64,000 nt of DNA from Minisyncoccota bacterium. GTDB taxonomy: Bacteria > Patescibacteriota > Minisyncoccia > Phycocordibacterales > UBA1006. Made by a program: the position numbers and the translations under genes. The notes beneath the pieces are model-generated. The model was not told the DNA's origin and made no database searches. It saw only the letters and a list, made by a program, of their open reading frames with translations. The stretch is from contig DASWYC010000002.1 in NCBI GenBank assembly GCA_036405175.1, forward strand, positions 57,892 to 121,891, in the 5' to 3' direction. Of this stretch, positions 46,790 to 56,845 are shown one piece after another; positions within the stretch are counted from its first letter, which is position 1; the number at the start of each line of letters is the position of its first letter.

Positions 46790-47008
46790 GTCCCAAACGA
46801 GGCTTTTTTACTGCAGAACGAGTTCTCTTGGCAAAATAGCTATTTTATAGTATGATCTTCCCATACGGCCAAAGAAAAGAGGCACGGAATCGCCACGTAA
46901 AACTGGTTATCCCATAAGCCCTCTCGAGGTATAACAAATACATTGTAAGCGGCGGCCGTGGTCGCAAATCAATTTTTACCAGCGATGTGCACTCGCGCAT
47001 CAATTTAT
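46790..47008 (+). promoter_or_regulatory. putative rplJL leader region (GC-rich stems GCGGCGGCCGTGGTCGC / GCGATGTGCACTCGCGC)
   Basis: 220-nt untranslated region upstream of rplJ. L10(L12)4 autoregulatory leaders are common in bacteria. No covariance check done. Confidence 0.3.
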
Positions 47009-47506
47009 ATGGCTACAAGTAAAGCTAAAAAAGAAGAGACATTGTCTGATCTTAAAGCTGCTTTCACAAACGGAGCTTCAGCAACATTCGTATCATTTGC
47101 TGGTGTAGACGTGGCGTCATCAACTGACCTTCGTCGTTCACTTGCAGGAGAAGGCGTATCATATCAAGTTGCAAAGAAGACCCTCATTGCAAAGGCAGTA
47201 CAGGATGGTGGATTTTCTGGAGACATGCCTGAATTGCCAGGAAATATTGCGGTAACCGTATCGCAAAACGATCCAACAGCATCAGCACGTGTACTCTACA
47301 ACTGGTTTAACGATAAAAAAGAGATGAAAGAACTCTTTACAATCGTTGGAGGTATTTATGAGGGAAAGCTCATGAATGCTACCGAGATGCAGGCTATTGC
47401 AACGATTCCAGACATTAAAACCCTTCGTGGAATGTTTGTTAACATTATCAACAGCCCAATTCAATCTATGGTCATCGCACTTTCAAAGATTGCGGAGGCA
47501 AAATAA
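47009..47506 (+). CDS. rplJ: 50S ribosomal protein L10
   Basis: Start set at MATSKAKKEETLSDLKAAF. Typical L10 pattern; immediately upstream of rplL. Confidence 0.85.
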   Translation: MATSKAKKEETLSDLKAAFTNGASATFVSFAGVDVASSTDLRRSLAGEGVSYQVAKKTLIAKAVQDGGFSGDMPELPGNIAVTVSQNDPTASARVLYNWFNDKKEMKELFTIVGGIYEGKLMNATEMQAIATIPDIKTLRGMFVNIINSPIQSMVIALSKIAEAK

Positions 47507-47533
47507 TTACTCATTAATTTTTTATATTTATAT

Positions 47534-47968
47534 ATGGAAGAAGACGTAAAAGTAGCAGCAGAAGCTGCAGAAGTTACAGCAACTGAAGAAGTTACTGTTC
47601 CTGAAAAGTTCAAGACTATCGTTAAGGCTATTGAAGAAATGTCAGTAGTTGATCTTAATGAGCTTGTTAAAGTATTTGAAAAGAAATTTGGTGTATCAGC
47701 AGCAGCTGTTGCCGTTGCAGGACCTGCAGCTGGTGGCGCTGGAGCAGCAGAAGAAAAGACCGAATTCACCCTTGTTCTTACCTCAGATGGTGGAAACAAG
47801 ATCCCTGTGATGAAGGTTATTAAAGAAGCTCTTGGCCTTGGACTTGCAGAAGCTAAGACCATGGTTGAATCTCTCCCCGCAACCGTTAAAGAAAACGGTA
47901 AGAAGGAAGAAATCGATGCGCTCAAGAAGCAAATCGAAGAAGCAGGAGGAAAGGTTGAAGTTAAGTAA
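47534..47968 (+). CDS. rplL: 50S ribosomal protein L7/L12 (with about 25-aa acidic N-terminal extension)
   Basis: [28 protein letters not shown], Ala/Gly hinge, C-terminal domain [13 protein letters not shown]. Confidence 0.9.
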   Translation: MEEDVKVAAEAAEVTATEEVTVPEKFKTIVKAIEEMSVVDLNELVKVFEKKFGVSAAAVAVAGPAAGGAGAAEEKTEFTLVLTSDGGNKIPVMKVIKEALGLGLAEAKTMVESLPATVKENGKKEEIDALKKQIEEAGGKVEVK

Positions 47969-47986
47969 TCTTAATCTCTTGAACAA

Positions 47987-48014
47987 AAAGCACTCAGTAC
48001 TGAGTGCTTTTTGT
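47987..48014 (+). terminator. rho-independent terminator (AAAGCACTCAGT / ACTGAGTGCTTT + T-tract)
   Basis: Perfect palindrome. Confidence 0.75.
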
Positions 48015-48057
48015 GTACATGAGTAATAATGTGTGGATATCTTTTTAGATTACATAT

Positions 48058-49041
48058 ATGATGCATATGAATGTGTATACTATAGATATGAAAAAGGAGG
48101 TATCATCTAAGAAAACAAAAAATGCAAATGAATTGCAAAAGTCTGCCACCCTTAAAAAAGTAGTTACTAAAAAGAAGGTGGTACGAACATCTACACCAAA
48201 AGTAATGAGTGTTAATGATTGGCTTCATGAGCCAGTGATCTTGGTTCCAGTGGTGTTTGTTCTTTTGTTTGGAACGTTGGCGTTATGGACAAGCATTCTT
48301 CCTATGGAGGCTCCTTTGAATACTAAGAATCACTCAGGACTTGTTGTTAAGGATGAGGTATATGCCAAAGAATCAGGATTCTTTAATCGTTCTCGTCAAT
48401 ATACTATTGCAATCAAGTATCCTCAATTTGGACAATCAAGCTCAGCTTTTGGGGCTGTGCGTAAATACATGATGAATGATATTGCTGATATTGTTCAGCG
48501 CGGCATGCAGCTTTCAAATACTTCAGCGCGCGTAACCATTCAGGGAGGATATACTACGTCATCATCATACTCATCACAGTTTGGCGAAGTATTTTCTATT
48601 GTGTTAAGCGTACGTACTCGTGCATATGACAACCTCACTGGTGCACTCATGAACGATAGTGTAACCACTCGTTCATACAATATTGATCTTGATACTAACG
48701 AGCTTATTTGGCTTGATGATATTAAGACCTTGAATCAAACCAGTCTTACCTCACTCATTAGAAGTGAATTGACGGCAACAGGAAGCTCAAATGTTGCAAG
48801 CGCTATTGGGTATCTTAATATGACTATGGCGTCTGGATACGGTAAAGCACTTCCATTTACCATTCAAGGTGAACGTGCACTTATTTATCTTGATTCACCA
48901 CTTGGTGGATATGCTATTAAGCCAACAGTAATCAGTATTCCTCTTGATGCAACTATTGAGTTACCAGTAGCAGTAGAAGAGCCTGTTGTTGAAGAAGAGG
49001 CTGCAGAAACTGCTCCTACAACCCAAAAAACAGCTCAATAA
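48058..49041 (+). CDS. membrane-anchored protein with DUF4163/DUF3298-like (RsiV/PdaC-type) extracellular domain
   Basis: TM helix, then YTIAIKYPQFGQ...NDIADIVQRG pattern reminiscent of DUF4163; acidic tail. Confidence 0.4.
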   Translation: MMHMNVYTIDMKKEVSSKKTKNANELQKSATLKKVVTKKKVVRTSTPKVMSVNDWLHEPVILVPVVFVLLFGTLALWTSILPMEAPLNTKNHSGLVVKDEVYAKESGFFNRSRQYTIAIKYPQFGQSSSAFGAVRKYMMNDIADIVQRGMQLSNTSARVTIQGGYTTSSSYSSQFGEVFSIVLSVRTRAYDNLTGALMNDSVTTRSYNIDLDTNELIWLDDIKTLNQTSLTSLIRSELTATGSSNVASAIGYLNMTMASGYGKALPFTIQGERALIYLDSPLGGYAIKPTVISIPLDATIELPVAVEEPVVEEEAAETAPTTQKTAQ

Positions 49042-49083
49042 TCAATCTGTTCTTATTAAAGAATATTTGATATACTGAGGTTA

Positions 49084-49665
49084 ATGGAGACCCTTTCTAA
49101 GATATTTCAGTCGGTATACCGTGTTAAATTAATGCGCCTTTTTCTCTTTAATCCTCAAACTACCTATACTATTCAGGCGCTTATAACAACATCACGCATT
49201 TCGCGGGCTCAAGCACTTAAGGAAATTAAAATTCTTGAATCTGCCGGGTTTATTAAAAAGGCAAAAGATGGTAAAGCAAATGTGAATACATATAGCCTTG
49301 AGCCAAAATTTCCGCTCATTGAACCTCTTAAATCACTTATTATTGATTCTGAACTTATTCGCACAAAAGATATTGCTGAAAAGTTTACCAATGTTGGCGT
49401 GATTAAGCTGCTCATTCTTTCAGGAATCTTTACCAAAAATGAGTCACGTCAGGTAGATATTTTTGTGGTAGGGGATAAGGTAGATAAACAGAAGTTTATG
49501 AAAGCCATGATGGTGCTTGAATCAGAAATTGGAAAAGAGCTTCGATATTGTTTATTTACCCCAGAAGAATATGCGTATCGTATTAATATGCACGATTCAT
49601 TGGTGCTTGATGTGATTAACTATCCAAACCAGCGTATTATTGATAAGATTTCACCTCGTTCATAA
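49084..49665 (+). CDS. winged-helix regulator-like protein with C-terminal nucleotidyltransferase-like region
   Basis: N-terminal wHTH-like (TIQALITTSRISRAQALKEIKILESAGFIKK); C-terminal DIFVVGD motif. Confidence 0.35.
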   Translation: METLSKIFQSVYRVKLMRLFLFNPQTTYTIQALITTSRISRAQALKEIKILESAGFIKKAKDGKANVNTYSLEPKFPLIEPLKSLIIDSELIRTKDIAEKFTNVGVIKLLILSGIFTKNESRQVDIFVVGDKVDKQKFMKAMMVLESEIGKELRYCLFTPEEYAYRINMHDSLVLDVINYPNQRIIDKISPRS

Positions 49666-49835
49666 CGAGGTGATTTCTTGACAGCTTTGGAGAATATTTC
49701 TTTATAATTTTTCCTCAGAGTTGCTTTAAAACTATGAAGATTGAGTGAATTATTCTGATATACTATAAGTACGACTTGCGATCTATCGTTTCGTAAGATC
49801 GGTTTAACAGTAATTAGATCGTAAATTCTATACGT

Positions 49836-50507
49836 ATGGATTTTCTCAGTATTTTCACAGGAACTCTCTCTGTCCTCTGGATCGGAGTAATTGCTTCTGC
49901 GACTAAAATCATTGGAGCTATCCTTATTTTCATCATTGGATGGCTTCTTGCATCACTTGTTGAGAAAGCAATCGAAGAAATCTTTGAAGCTATCAAGCTT
50001 GATCGTCTTCTTGCTCATACCGGTCTTGATACTGCAGTATCAAACGCTGGATACAACCTCAACTCAGGAAAGTTTGTTGGTACCATTTTTAAGTGGCTTA
50101 TCATCATCCTCTTCCTTAAACTTGCTCTTGGTGTAGTAAATCTTACCCAAGTAGATGTATTCCTTGATAAAATTACCAGCTACATTCCATCAGTGATTGT
50201 TGCTACTGTAGTTTTGTTTATTACCTCAATCGTTGCATCAACACTTGCAAAGATCGTAAAGGGAAGCTCAAAAGCTATCAAGCTTGGATCAAGCAACTTT
50301 ATTGCAAAGATCGTAGAAGTTTTGGTGTGGGTATTTGGAATTGTTGTTGTTCTTTCTGAGCTCAACATTGCACAAAACATTGTGGTTCCAGTATTCCTCG
50401 GAATTGTATACGGAATTATCGCTATGCTCGCAATTGCAGGAGGACTTGCATTCGGACTTGGCGGAAAAGAGCACGCTTCAAAGTGGCTTGATAAAGTTGA
50501 ACGCTAA
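49836..50507 (+). CDS. conserved TM-helix repeat membrane protein (PF05552-like)
   Basis: Internally repeated TM helices (IIGAILIFIIGWLLASLVEKAI / IAKIVEVLVWVFGIVVVLSELNIAQNI). Highly-expressed-type codon usage. Confidence 0.4.
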   Translation: MDFLSIFTGTLSVLWIGVIASATKIIGAILIFIIGWLLASLVEKAIEEIFEAIKLDRLLAHTGLDTAVSNAGYNLNSGKFVGTIFKWLIIILFLKLALGVVNLTQVDVFLDKITSYIPSVIVATVVLFITSIVASTLAKIVKGSSKAIKLGSSNFIAKIVEVLVWVFGIVVVLSELNIAQNIVVPVFLGIVYGIIAMLAIAGGLAFGLGGKEHASKWLDKVER

Positions 50508-50525
50508 TTTGTTAGCCTTCAGGCA

Positions 50526-50553
50526 AAAACCAGCAGCAATGCTGGTTTTTTGT
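50526..50553 (+). terminator. rho-independent terminator (AAAACCAGCA GCAA TGCTGGTTTTTT)
   Basis: Seen directly. Confidence 0.75.
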
Positions 50554-50582
50554 TATGAAAATATTCAGTGTATAATGAGGGT

Positions 50583-51611
50583 ATGAATAAGAAACGCATT
50601 GCTATCAACGGTTTTGGGAGAATTGGTCGCGCATTTTTTAAGATTGCACTTAACGATCCAGAGTGTGAGATTGTTGCCATTAATGACTTGATGGATCCGG
50701 AGACTCTTTTGTATTTACTCAGTTATGACTCGGTGTATGGAGGATTCATGCAAGGAAAAATTACGCTCGATGGGGCAGACTTGGTGACCCCATTTGGACA
50801 CGTAAAGCTCTTGCAAGAAAAAGAACCAACAAAGTTACCATGGCGTGATATGAAAATTGATGTGGTAATTGAATCAACCGGTCTCTACACTAATTATGAT
50901 AAAGCGCAATTTCACATTGATCAGGGGGCAAGCCATGTACTTATCACGGGCCCAGTAAAAGGGGAATCAGCTGCAAAAGGAATTACGGCACTTTCAGGAA
51001 TTAATCTTGATCAAGTTACGACGTGTTCTATTACTTCAAATGCATCATGTACCACCAACTCAGCATCGCCAATCATTGCTATTATGGATGAGTCAATTGG
51101 AATTGAAAAAGCAATCCTTTCAACCGTACATGCGTATACGGCAACACAATCTATTGTTGATGGAGGAGGGAAAAAGGATAAACGAGAAATGCGTGCAGCT
51201 GCACAAAATATTATTCCAAGTACTACCGGTGCAGCTATTGCGGTAACAGAAGTGTATGAGCCGCTCAAGAATAAATTTGATGGAATTTCACTTCGTGTGC
51301 CAGTGGTTGCCGGCTCAATCGCAGACATTACCTTTATTTCAAAGCGCCCTACAACAGTGGAGGAAGTACAGCGCATTCTGGTAAAAGCATCGCAAGATCC
51401 ACGCTGGGAGGGGATCTTTACCGCCTCAAACGCACCGCTCGTTTCTACAGATATTATTGGCTCACCGTACGCTTCTATTGCAGATCTTCAGATGGTAAAA
51501 GTGGTAGATGGCAATCTTGTAAAAGTGTTGGCTTGGTACGATAATGAAATGGGGTACACACATACACTTTTGCGTCATGTGAAAGCGATTAAGTCAATAC
51601 CTCGATCATAA
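50583..51611 (+). CDS. gap: glyceraldehyde-3-phosphate dehydrogenase
   Basis: N-terminal Rossmann motif INGFGRIGR, active site SNASCTTN. Start at MNKKRIAING. Confidence 0.9.
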   Translation: MNKKRIAINGFGRIGRAFFKIALNDPECEIVAINDLMDPETLLYLLSYDSVYGGFMQGKITLDGADLVTPFGHVKLLQEKEPTKLPWRDMKIDVVIESTGLYTNYDKAQFHIDQGASHVLITGPVKGESAAKGITALSGINLDQVTTCSITSNASCTTNSASPIIAIMDESIGIEKAILSTVHAYTATQSIVDGGGKKDKREMRAAAQNIIPSTTGAAIAVTEVYEPLKNKFDGISLRVPVVAGSIADITFISKRPTTVEEVQRILVKASQDPRWEGIFTASNAPLVSTDIIGSPYASIADLQMVKVVDGNLVKVLAWYDNEMGYTHTLLRHVKAIKSIPRS

Positions 51612-51630
51612 TCGTAATAAACATACTTCT

Positions 51631-52326
51631 ATGGAACAGTCATCACAAAAAACAACTACAACAATTGTTGTTATTGCACTTGTAATAATTATTGGATTGA
51701 TAATTGTGTTGTCGCAGCGTACCGTAAAGGCGCCTGAGCCAACAACTCCTGAGCAGCCTACTACTCCCGTAACTCAAACACCGGTCACTCCTGCAACTGC
51801 CGTGTACGCTGATACTCAATATGGATATGAGGTTACGTATCCAACAAATTTTACCCTCAACACCAGCAAAAATATTATTAATGATGGCTATATTGCAGAA
51901 GGAAAGCCACTTGTATCATCATGGGTGCTTGATTTTCCAAACGACACCTATAAGGGTACCAATCTTACCCGAGTTCATATGGGGGTAGGAGTATTTGAAG
52001 CAGATGAAAAGTCATGTGTAAATATGGTAACCGGGAATCCTCTTACCGCATTCCCAAGCAAGCAAACTCCTGTGACTATTAATGGTCAAAAGTTTACTAA
52101 AGTAACGGGAATTGGCGATGCTGGAGCTGGTCAATTTGAAACCACGGAATACTATGCAACGTATAAAAATAATAAATGTTATCGAATGATTCTTCTTGGA
52201 CATGGATTTAATGATATTGTTGGGCACAATCAAGATAATCCAAGTGATCAAGTGAAGCAGTATGACATTGCACCACTTGATGCAATCTTTACCACCTTTG
52301 CTGAATCGTTCAAATTTACTAACTAA
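51631..52326 (+). CDS. hypothetical secreted/anchored protein with TP-rich linker
   Basis: TM anchor, PEPTTPEQPTTPVTQTPVTP linker, globular C-terminus. Confidence 0.4.
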   Translation: MEQSSQKTTTTIVVIALVIIIGLIIVLSQRTVKAPEPTTPEQPTTPVTQTPVTPATAVYADTQYGYEVTYPTNFTLNTSKNIINDGYIAEGKPLVSSWVLDFPNDTYKGTNLTRVHMGVGVFEADEKSCVNMVTGNPLTAFPSKQTPVTINGQKFTKVTGIGDAGAGQFETTEYYATYKNNKCYRMILLGHGFNDIVGHNQDNPSDQVKQYDIAPLDAIFTTFAESFKFTN

Positions 52327-52329
52327 TAT

Positions 52330-52812
52330 ATGAACGATACGCCAACACTTCTCATTACTTGTGATCATGCAGGGTTTGAGGACAAGCAGCAACTCTGCGT
52401 GCTTCTTGAACAAGAAGGAAAATATACAGTGGTAGATGTAGGGCCAGACTCAATGCATCCTGACGATGACTACCCGCTTACCGTAGCACCAATGTGTAAA
52501 CTTCTTCAAGAAGCTCTTGCTCAAAAACAACAAGCTTTTGGAATTATCATTGCTCGGTCTGGACAGGGTGAGGCAATGGTGGCTAATCGTTTCAAGGGAA
52601 TCCGTGCCATGGTAGTGAATAATGCTAATGACGAAGTGGTACGGTTAGGGCGTGATCACAATAATGCAAATGTAATTTCATTAGGAACCGCATTTATGAC
52701 GCTTGGTGAAATTAAGCATGCAATTGATATTTTTGTATCTACACCATTTTCAAATGATACGCGTCATCAACGCCGTATTGCTCAGATTGATGACTGCACT
52801 ATTTATGAGTAA
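52330..52812 (+). CDS. rpiB: ribose-5-phosphate isomerase B
   Basis: RpiB/LacAB family pattern (LITCDHAG...GIIIARSGQGEAMVANRFKGIRA). Confidence 0.85.
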   Translation: MNDTPTLLITCDHAGFEDKQQLCVLLEQEGKYTVVDVGPDSMHPDDDYPLTVAPMCKLLQEALAQKQQAFGIIIARSGQGEAMVANRFKGIRAMVVNNANDEVVRLGRDHNNANVISLGTAFMTLGEIKHAIDIFVSTPFSNDTRHQRRIAQIDDCTIYE

Positions 52813-53449
52813 GTATCACATTGTTCCGGCATGTCTTCCATATACCCAGGAAGATCTGGAAAATTTCTTAAAGCGTTGGCAGGGGCACGCGGCACATATT
52901 CATATCGATTGTGTTGGAGAAAAATATGCTGCGGGCGTACTACCAACGCTTTCATGGCGTCAAGAAGTTGATCTGCTTAAGGAATATATCAGTGACTTTA
53001 GCTGTATTGAATTTCATATTATGGATACAGGATTTTCTCGCGAATCAATCTTGGCTATTCGTGAAGCGCTCCCTAATGTGCTCATATTTTGCAAAGAAGT
53101 TCATCATAATGTATGTCCGGAGCTTAAGCATCCATATATTGTAGGTGAGATGTCTGAAGACTGTTCCGATGCTCTTTGTATGACCATTGAGAATATTGGT
53201 GTGCAAGGACAAGAGTTTTTATATGAACATGTGGGTGAATTGGTTGAATGCGTAACAAAGTCTGCTTTTGAAAATATTCATATTGATGGAGGTGTCACGC
53301 CTGATGCTATTAAGAAGGTAGTTGAAAATATTGAACCGGTCGCTGGTGATACAGCTCATAAGCACATCTACTTCACCATCGGAACCTATTTACGAGGTGA
53401 AGACTATCTTGAAAAATATACCGATCTTCATAACTTATTTCCCGCATAA
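52804..53449 (+). CDS. divergent ribulose-phosphate 3-epimerase-like TIM-barrel protein
   Basis: HIHIDCVGEKY...IEFHIMD...IHIDGGVTPD resembles the Rpe metal-ligand pattern (H.D...H...D). Start ATG overlaps the rpiB stop (ATGAGTAA). Lies between rpiB and tkt. Confidence 0.45.
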
Positions 53450-53494
53450 AACTGCCTGAGACGGCAGTTTTGCTATGGTAAACTAAAGAAGAAT

Positions 53495-54349
53495 ATGATT
53501 TCTTATGATCGCGTACAAGAATTAAAAATAATTGCTGCTCGTGTACGTGAGTCTATTATTGAAATGCTGGTAAGTGCAGGGTCGGGACACACTGCTGGAC
53601 CGCTTGGATTTACTGATGTTTTAGTGGCACTTTATTTTCAAACAATGAAACATAATCCAAAAAATCCATCATGGGAACATCGTGATCGATTTTTGTTATC
53701 TCATGGACATATTTGTCCAGCTCTGTATGCAACCATGGCGCACGCTGGATATTTTTCAAAAGCTGAGCTGTTAACTCTGCGTTCGTTTGGGTCACGATTG
53801 CAAGGGCATCCTCATCGTGAATACTTGCCAGGAATTGAAACATCATCAGGTCCACTTGGCTGTGGAATTTCTCAAGGAGTTGGCATGGCACTTGGATTAC
53901 AATTACAAAAAAATCCTGCACGAGTTTTTGTAGGAATTTCTGATGGAGAGTTGCAGGAAGGAAATACATGGGAGGCGCTTATGCTCGCTGCGCACTACAA
54001 GCTCACTAATTTTGTGATTATTTTAGATAGAAACCATATTCAGATTGATGGATTTACGGAAAATATTGTAGGGCTTGATCCGGTGGCAGATAAAATGCGT
54101 GCATTTAATTATGAGGTTGCTGAAGTTGATGGCCATAATTTTGAAGAGCTTGAAAAAGTGCTGCATCAAAAAAATACCAGCGGAAGACCATTATTCGTGA
54201 TTGCGCATACAACTCCGGGGAAAGGTGTAAAAGCATTTGAGAATAAATTTGAATGGCACGGTAAGCCACCGGTAGACAAAGAAGCATATGATGCTTTGGC
54301 AAGCTTGCGCAGTTTAGAGGGTGCCTTAGTAGCTCCGCATCATCACTAA
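53495..54349 (+). CDS. transketolase, N-terminal (TPP-binding) subunit
   Basis: GSGHTAGPLG...GISDGELQEGNTWEA are typical TPP-binding motifs. Split tkt arrangement. Confidence 0.9.
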   Translation: MISYDRVQELKIIAARVRESIIEMLVSAGSGHTAGPLGFTDVLVALYFQTMKHNPKNPSWEHRDRFLLSHGHICPALYATMAHAGYFSKAELLTLRSFGSRLQGHPHREYLPGIETSSGPLGCGISQGVGMALGLQLQKNPARVFVGISDGELQEGNTWEALMLAAHYKLTNFVIILDRNHIQIDGFTENIVGLDPVADKMRAFNYEVAEVDGHNFEELEKVLHQKNTSGRPLFVIAHTTPGKGVKAFENKFEWHGKPPVDKEAYDALASLRSLEGALVAPHHH

Positions 54350-54352
54350 TAT

Positions 54353-55315
54353 ATGAATGAATCACCTATAAAAAAAGAACCAAGTCGTCATGGATTTGGT
54401 AGAGGATTGGTTGAAGCCGCACGAATACATCATAACGTGGTTGGTTTGTGTGCTGATTTGACTGAGTCTACACGGATGAAGGAATTTAAAGAAGAGTTTC
54501 CAGATCGATTTTTTGAGGTTGGTGTTGCTGAACAGAATATGGCTGCTGTTGCATCTGGATTGGCAGCTTCAGGATTTATTCCAGTCATTGCATCGTATGC
54601 AATGTTCTCTCCAGGACGTAATTGGGAACAAATTAGAACAACCATTTGTTATAACAATCAGCCGGTAATTATTGCTGGTCATCACACCGGTCTTTCTGTT
54701 GGTTCGGATGGTGGGTCTCATCAAGCACTTGAAGATATTGCACTCATGCGTGTGCTTCCTAATATGCGTGTAGTGAGTCCATGCGATAGTGTTGAAGCGA
54801 CTCAGCTTATGAAATTATTGGTTCAAAATCCAAAACCGTCATATATGAGATTGGCACGTAGTGAGACAGAGATTTTAACACAACAGAGCGATGCAGTTGA
54901 TCTGTCATCTAATACTATTTTGTATCAAAGCAGTAATACTGCTGAGGTTGTAATTATCTCAACCGGAGTAATTGGGGTTGAGGCTCGCTATGCTGCTCAA
55001 GCGTTAGCACAGCAAGGTGTGAGTGTGGCTTTGTTAAATGCCCGCATCTTAAAACCATTTCCTGTTGAGCAGTTGCGGTTTTTGATGGAACAATTTGGTG
55101 TAACTACTATTGTGACCGTTGAAGAACATCAAAGAAACGGTGGGCTCGGTTCAATTATTGCTGAATTGATTGCTGATAATGGATGGTCACAGAAGTTGTT
55201 ACGAATTGGAGTGGATGATCAGTTTGGGCAATCAGGGACTGTTGAAGAATTATATAAAGCGTATGGTTTGGATAGAGATTCTTTGACAGAAAAGATTAAA
55301 GGTTTCATTGGCTAA
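54353..55315 (+). CDS. transketolase, C-terminal (pyrimidine-binding) subunit
   Basis: FEVGVAEQNMAAVASGLA...; follows the N-subunit with a 3-nt spacer. Confidence 0.9.
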   Translation: MNESPIKKEPSRHGFGRGLVEAARIHHNVVGLCADLTESTRMKEFKEEFPDRFFEVGVAEQNMAAVASGLAASGFIPVIASYAMFSPGRNWEQIRTTICYNNQPVIIAGHHTGLSVGSDGGSHQALEDIALMRVLPNMRVVSPCDSVEATQLMKLLVQNPKPSYMRLARSETEILTQQSDAVDLSSNTILYQSSNTAEVVIISTGVIGVEARYAAQALAQQGVSVALLNARILKPFPVEQLRFLMEQFGVTTIVTVEEHQRNGGLGSIIAELIADNGWSQKLLRIGVDDQFGQSGTVEELYKAYGLDRDSLTEKIKGFIG

Positions 55316-55321
55316 AATTCT

Positions 55322-55447
55322 TTGACTCGAAACTTTTTCATTCACAGTGGCCTCTATTGGGCCTACGCTCGACGATTCGATATATTCGCCCAATGAGCTC
55401 ATCATCGGTCGTCTCCGCGACTGCTCATTCAAAAAGTTTCGAGTCAA
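55322..55447. repeat. 126-bp element bounded by 17-bp perfect inverted repeats (TTGACTCGAAACTTTTT / AAAAAGTTTCGAGTCAA) with an inner 7-bp hairpin (ATTGGGC/GCCCAAT)
   Basis: Seen directly. Confidence 0.5.
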
Positions 55448-55610
55448 ACTCAATCTGGGAAATGTCTTATAGAATATCTCGATCACATACTTTCAAGACA
55501 GTCTCGGAGACATATAAAAAGCACCGTCGTATGATTATTCATTAATGAGGTGCTTTTTATATGTTGAGAATAGGGCTTGACCCGCTGTCTTGAAAGTATG
55601 TGATAAAAAC

Positions 55611-56063
55611 CTACTCACTTTCAGCAACGCGCACAATCAACTTCTTTCCAAACCCAAAGTATTGTCCGGCATTTAAGAAGATAAGCGAAAGCAAAATCAG
55701 AATATAAAAGATATATTCAGAAATAAAGAGTGAGCCGTTCGTTAAAAATGGGAATTTTTCAATGAGGGGAATGTAATAAAGTGTTACCGCAACGATTCCA
55801 AAAATAGATGCAAGGCGCGTACTAAATCCAATAATCAAACAAACACCCAGCACAAGAATTCCCCAAGAATTCAAAAAGTGTACCCATTCAAGAATATCAG
55901 GTGTGGTAAACCAGCTATAAAGTGATTCAAATGTATTCGTACGTTGAATATAGGGAACAGCACTCCATGTTTTGTCAGAAATATGCAACCATCCATTCCA
56001 CGCAAATAACCACCCCATACAAATACGGAGTGTTGCAATGAGCCAAGTAGGAAGACTATTCAT
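55611..56063 (-). CDS. DoxX-family membrane protein
   Basis: 4-TM protein with RICMGWLFAWNG pattern typical of DoxX. Confidence 0.55.
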   Translation of the reverse strand: MNSLPTWLIATLRICMGWLFAWNGWLHISDKTWSAVPYIQRTNTFESLYSWFTTPDILEWVHFLNSWGILVLGVCLIIGFSTRLASIFGIVAVTLYYIPLIEKFPFLTNGSLFISEYIFYILILLSLIFLNAGQYFGFGKKLIVRVAESE

Positions 56064-56184
56064 AAAAATAGTATAGCACTCGTCAATATCTAAGAATGTG
56101 CGGAATACAAATAATTATTGACATAATACTATATATGTGATATATTATTTCAAAATATTTTGCTACTTAAAACTTTGAAAAACA

Positions 56185-56775
56185 ATGGAAAAAAATACTC
56201 TTGGGATTATTGCAGGGTGCATTGCACTCTCAGCTTTCGTACCTTTTACCTATGCGATATTAAAAGGACCAGCTAAGCCAAGTATCGTCACGTGGGGTAC
56301 TTGGGTGGTAGTAAATATTTTACTACTTAAAAGTTATCACGATAACGGAGCGTACAGTACTCTTTGGATGCCTAAGGCATTTCTTCTGGGTGATATTATT
56401 ATCTGCATTCTTTCAATTAGGTTTGGAGAACGGAAGATCTCCAGAATTGATAAAGCAGTTATTGCAGTCACTATTCTTAATATTGCAGGTATCATATTCT
56501 ATAAATATGACAAAGAGGTGGTATTAATGCTCTCAGTTATCGCGCTCGCAATTGGAGGTGTCCCAACAATGATAAAATCTTGGAAACGTCCGTACAACGA
56601 GGATAAATGGGTGTGGTCAATCTTTGGTTTGGGAGCAATCCTTAATCTTGTTGCAGTTGAAGATTGGTCGCATTGGCAAATCTTTGCTCATCCATTATAT
56701 GCAGTATGCGTAGATGTGACAATTGCTATTATCCTTTGGCTAAGAAGTGGCGTCAAAAGACCATTAGTCGCCTAA
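56185..56775 (+). CDS. hypothetical polytopic membrane protein
   Basis: 196 aa, about 6 TM helices. Confidence 0.4.
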   Translation: MEKNTLGIIAGCIALSAFVPFTYAILKGPAKPSIVTWGTWVVVNILLLKSYHDNGAYSTLWMPKAFLLGDIIICILSIRFGERKISRIDKAVIAVTILNIAGIIFYKYDKEVVLMLSVIALAIGGVPTMIKSWKRPYNEDKWVWSIFGLGAILNLVAVEDWSHWQIFAHPLYAVCVDVTIAIILWLRSGVKRPLVA

Positions 56776-56845
56776 AAGATGACATTATTAAAAAGCCTTC
56801 TTCTGGATAAGAGGGCTTTTGTGTTGAAAGGATGTTTGCACGGGG

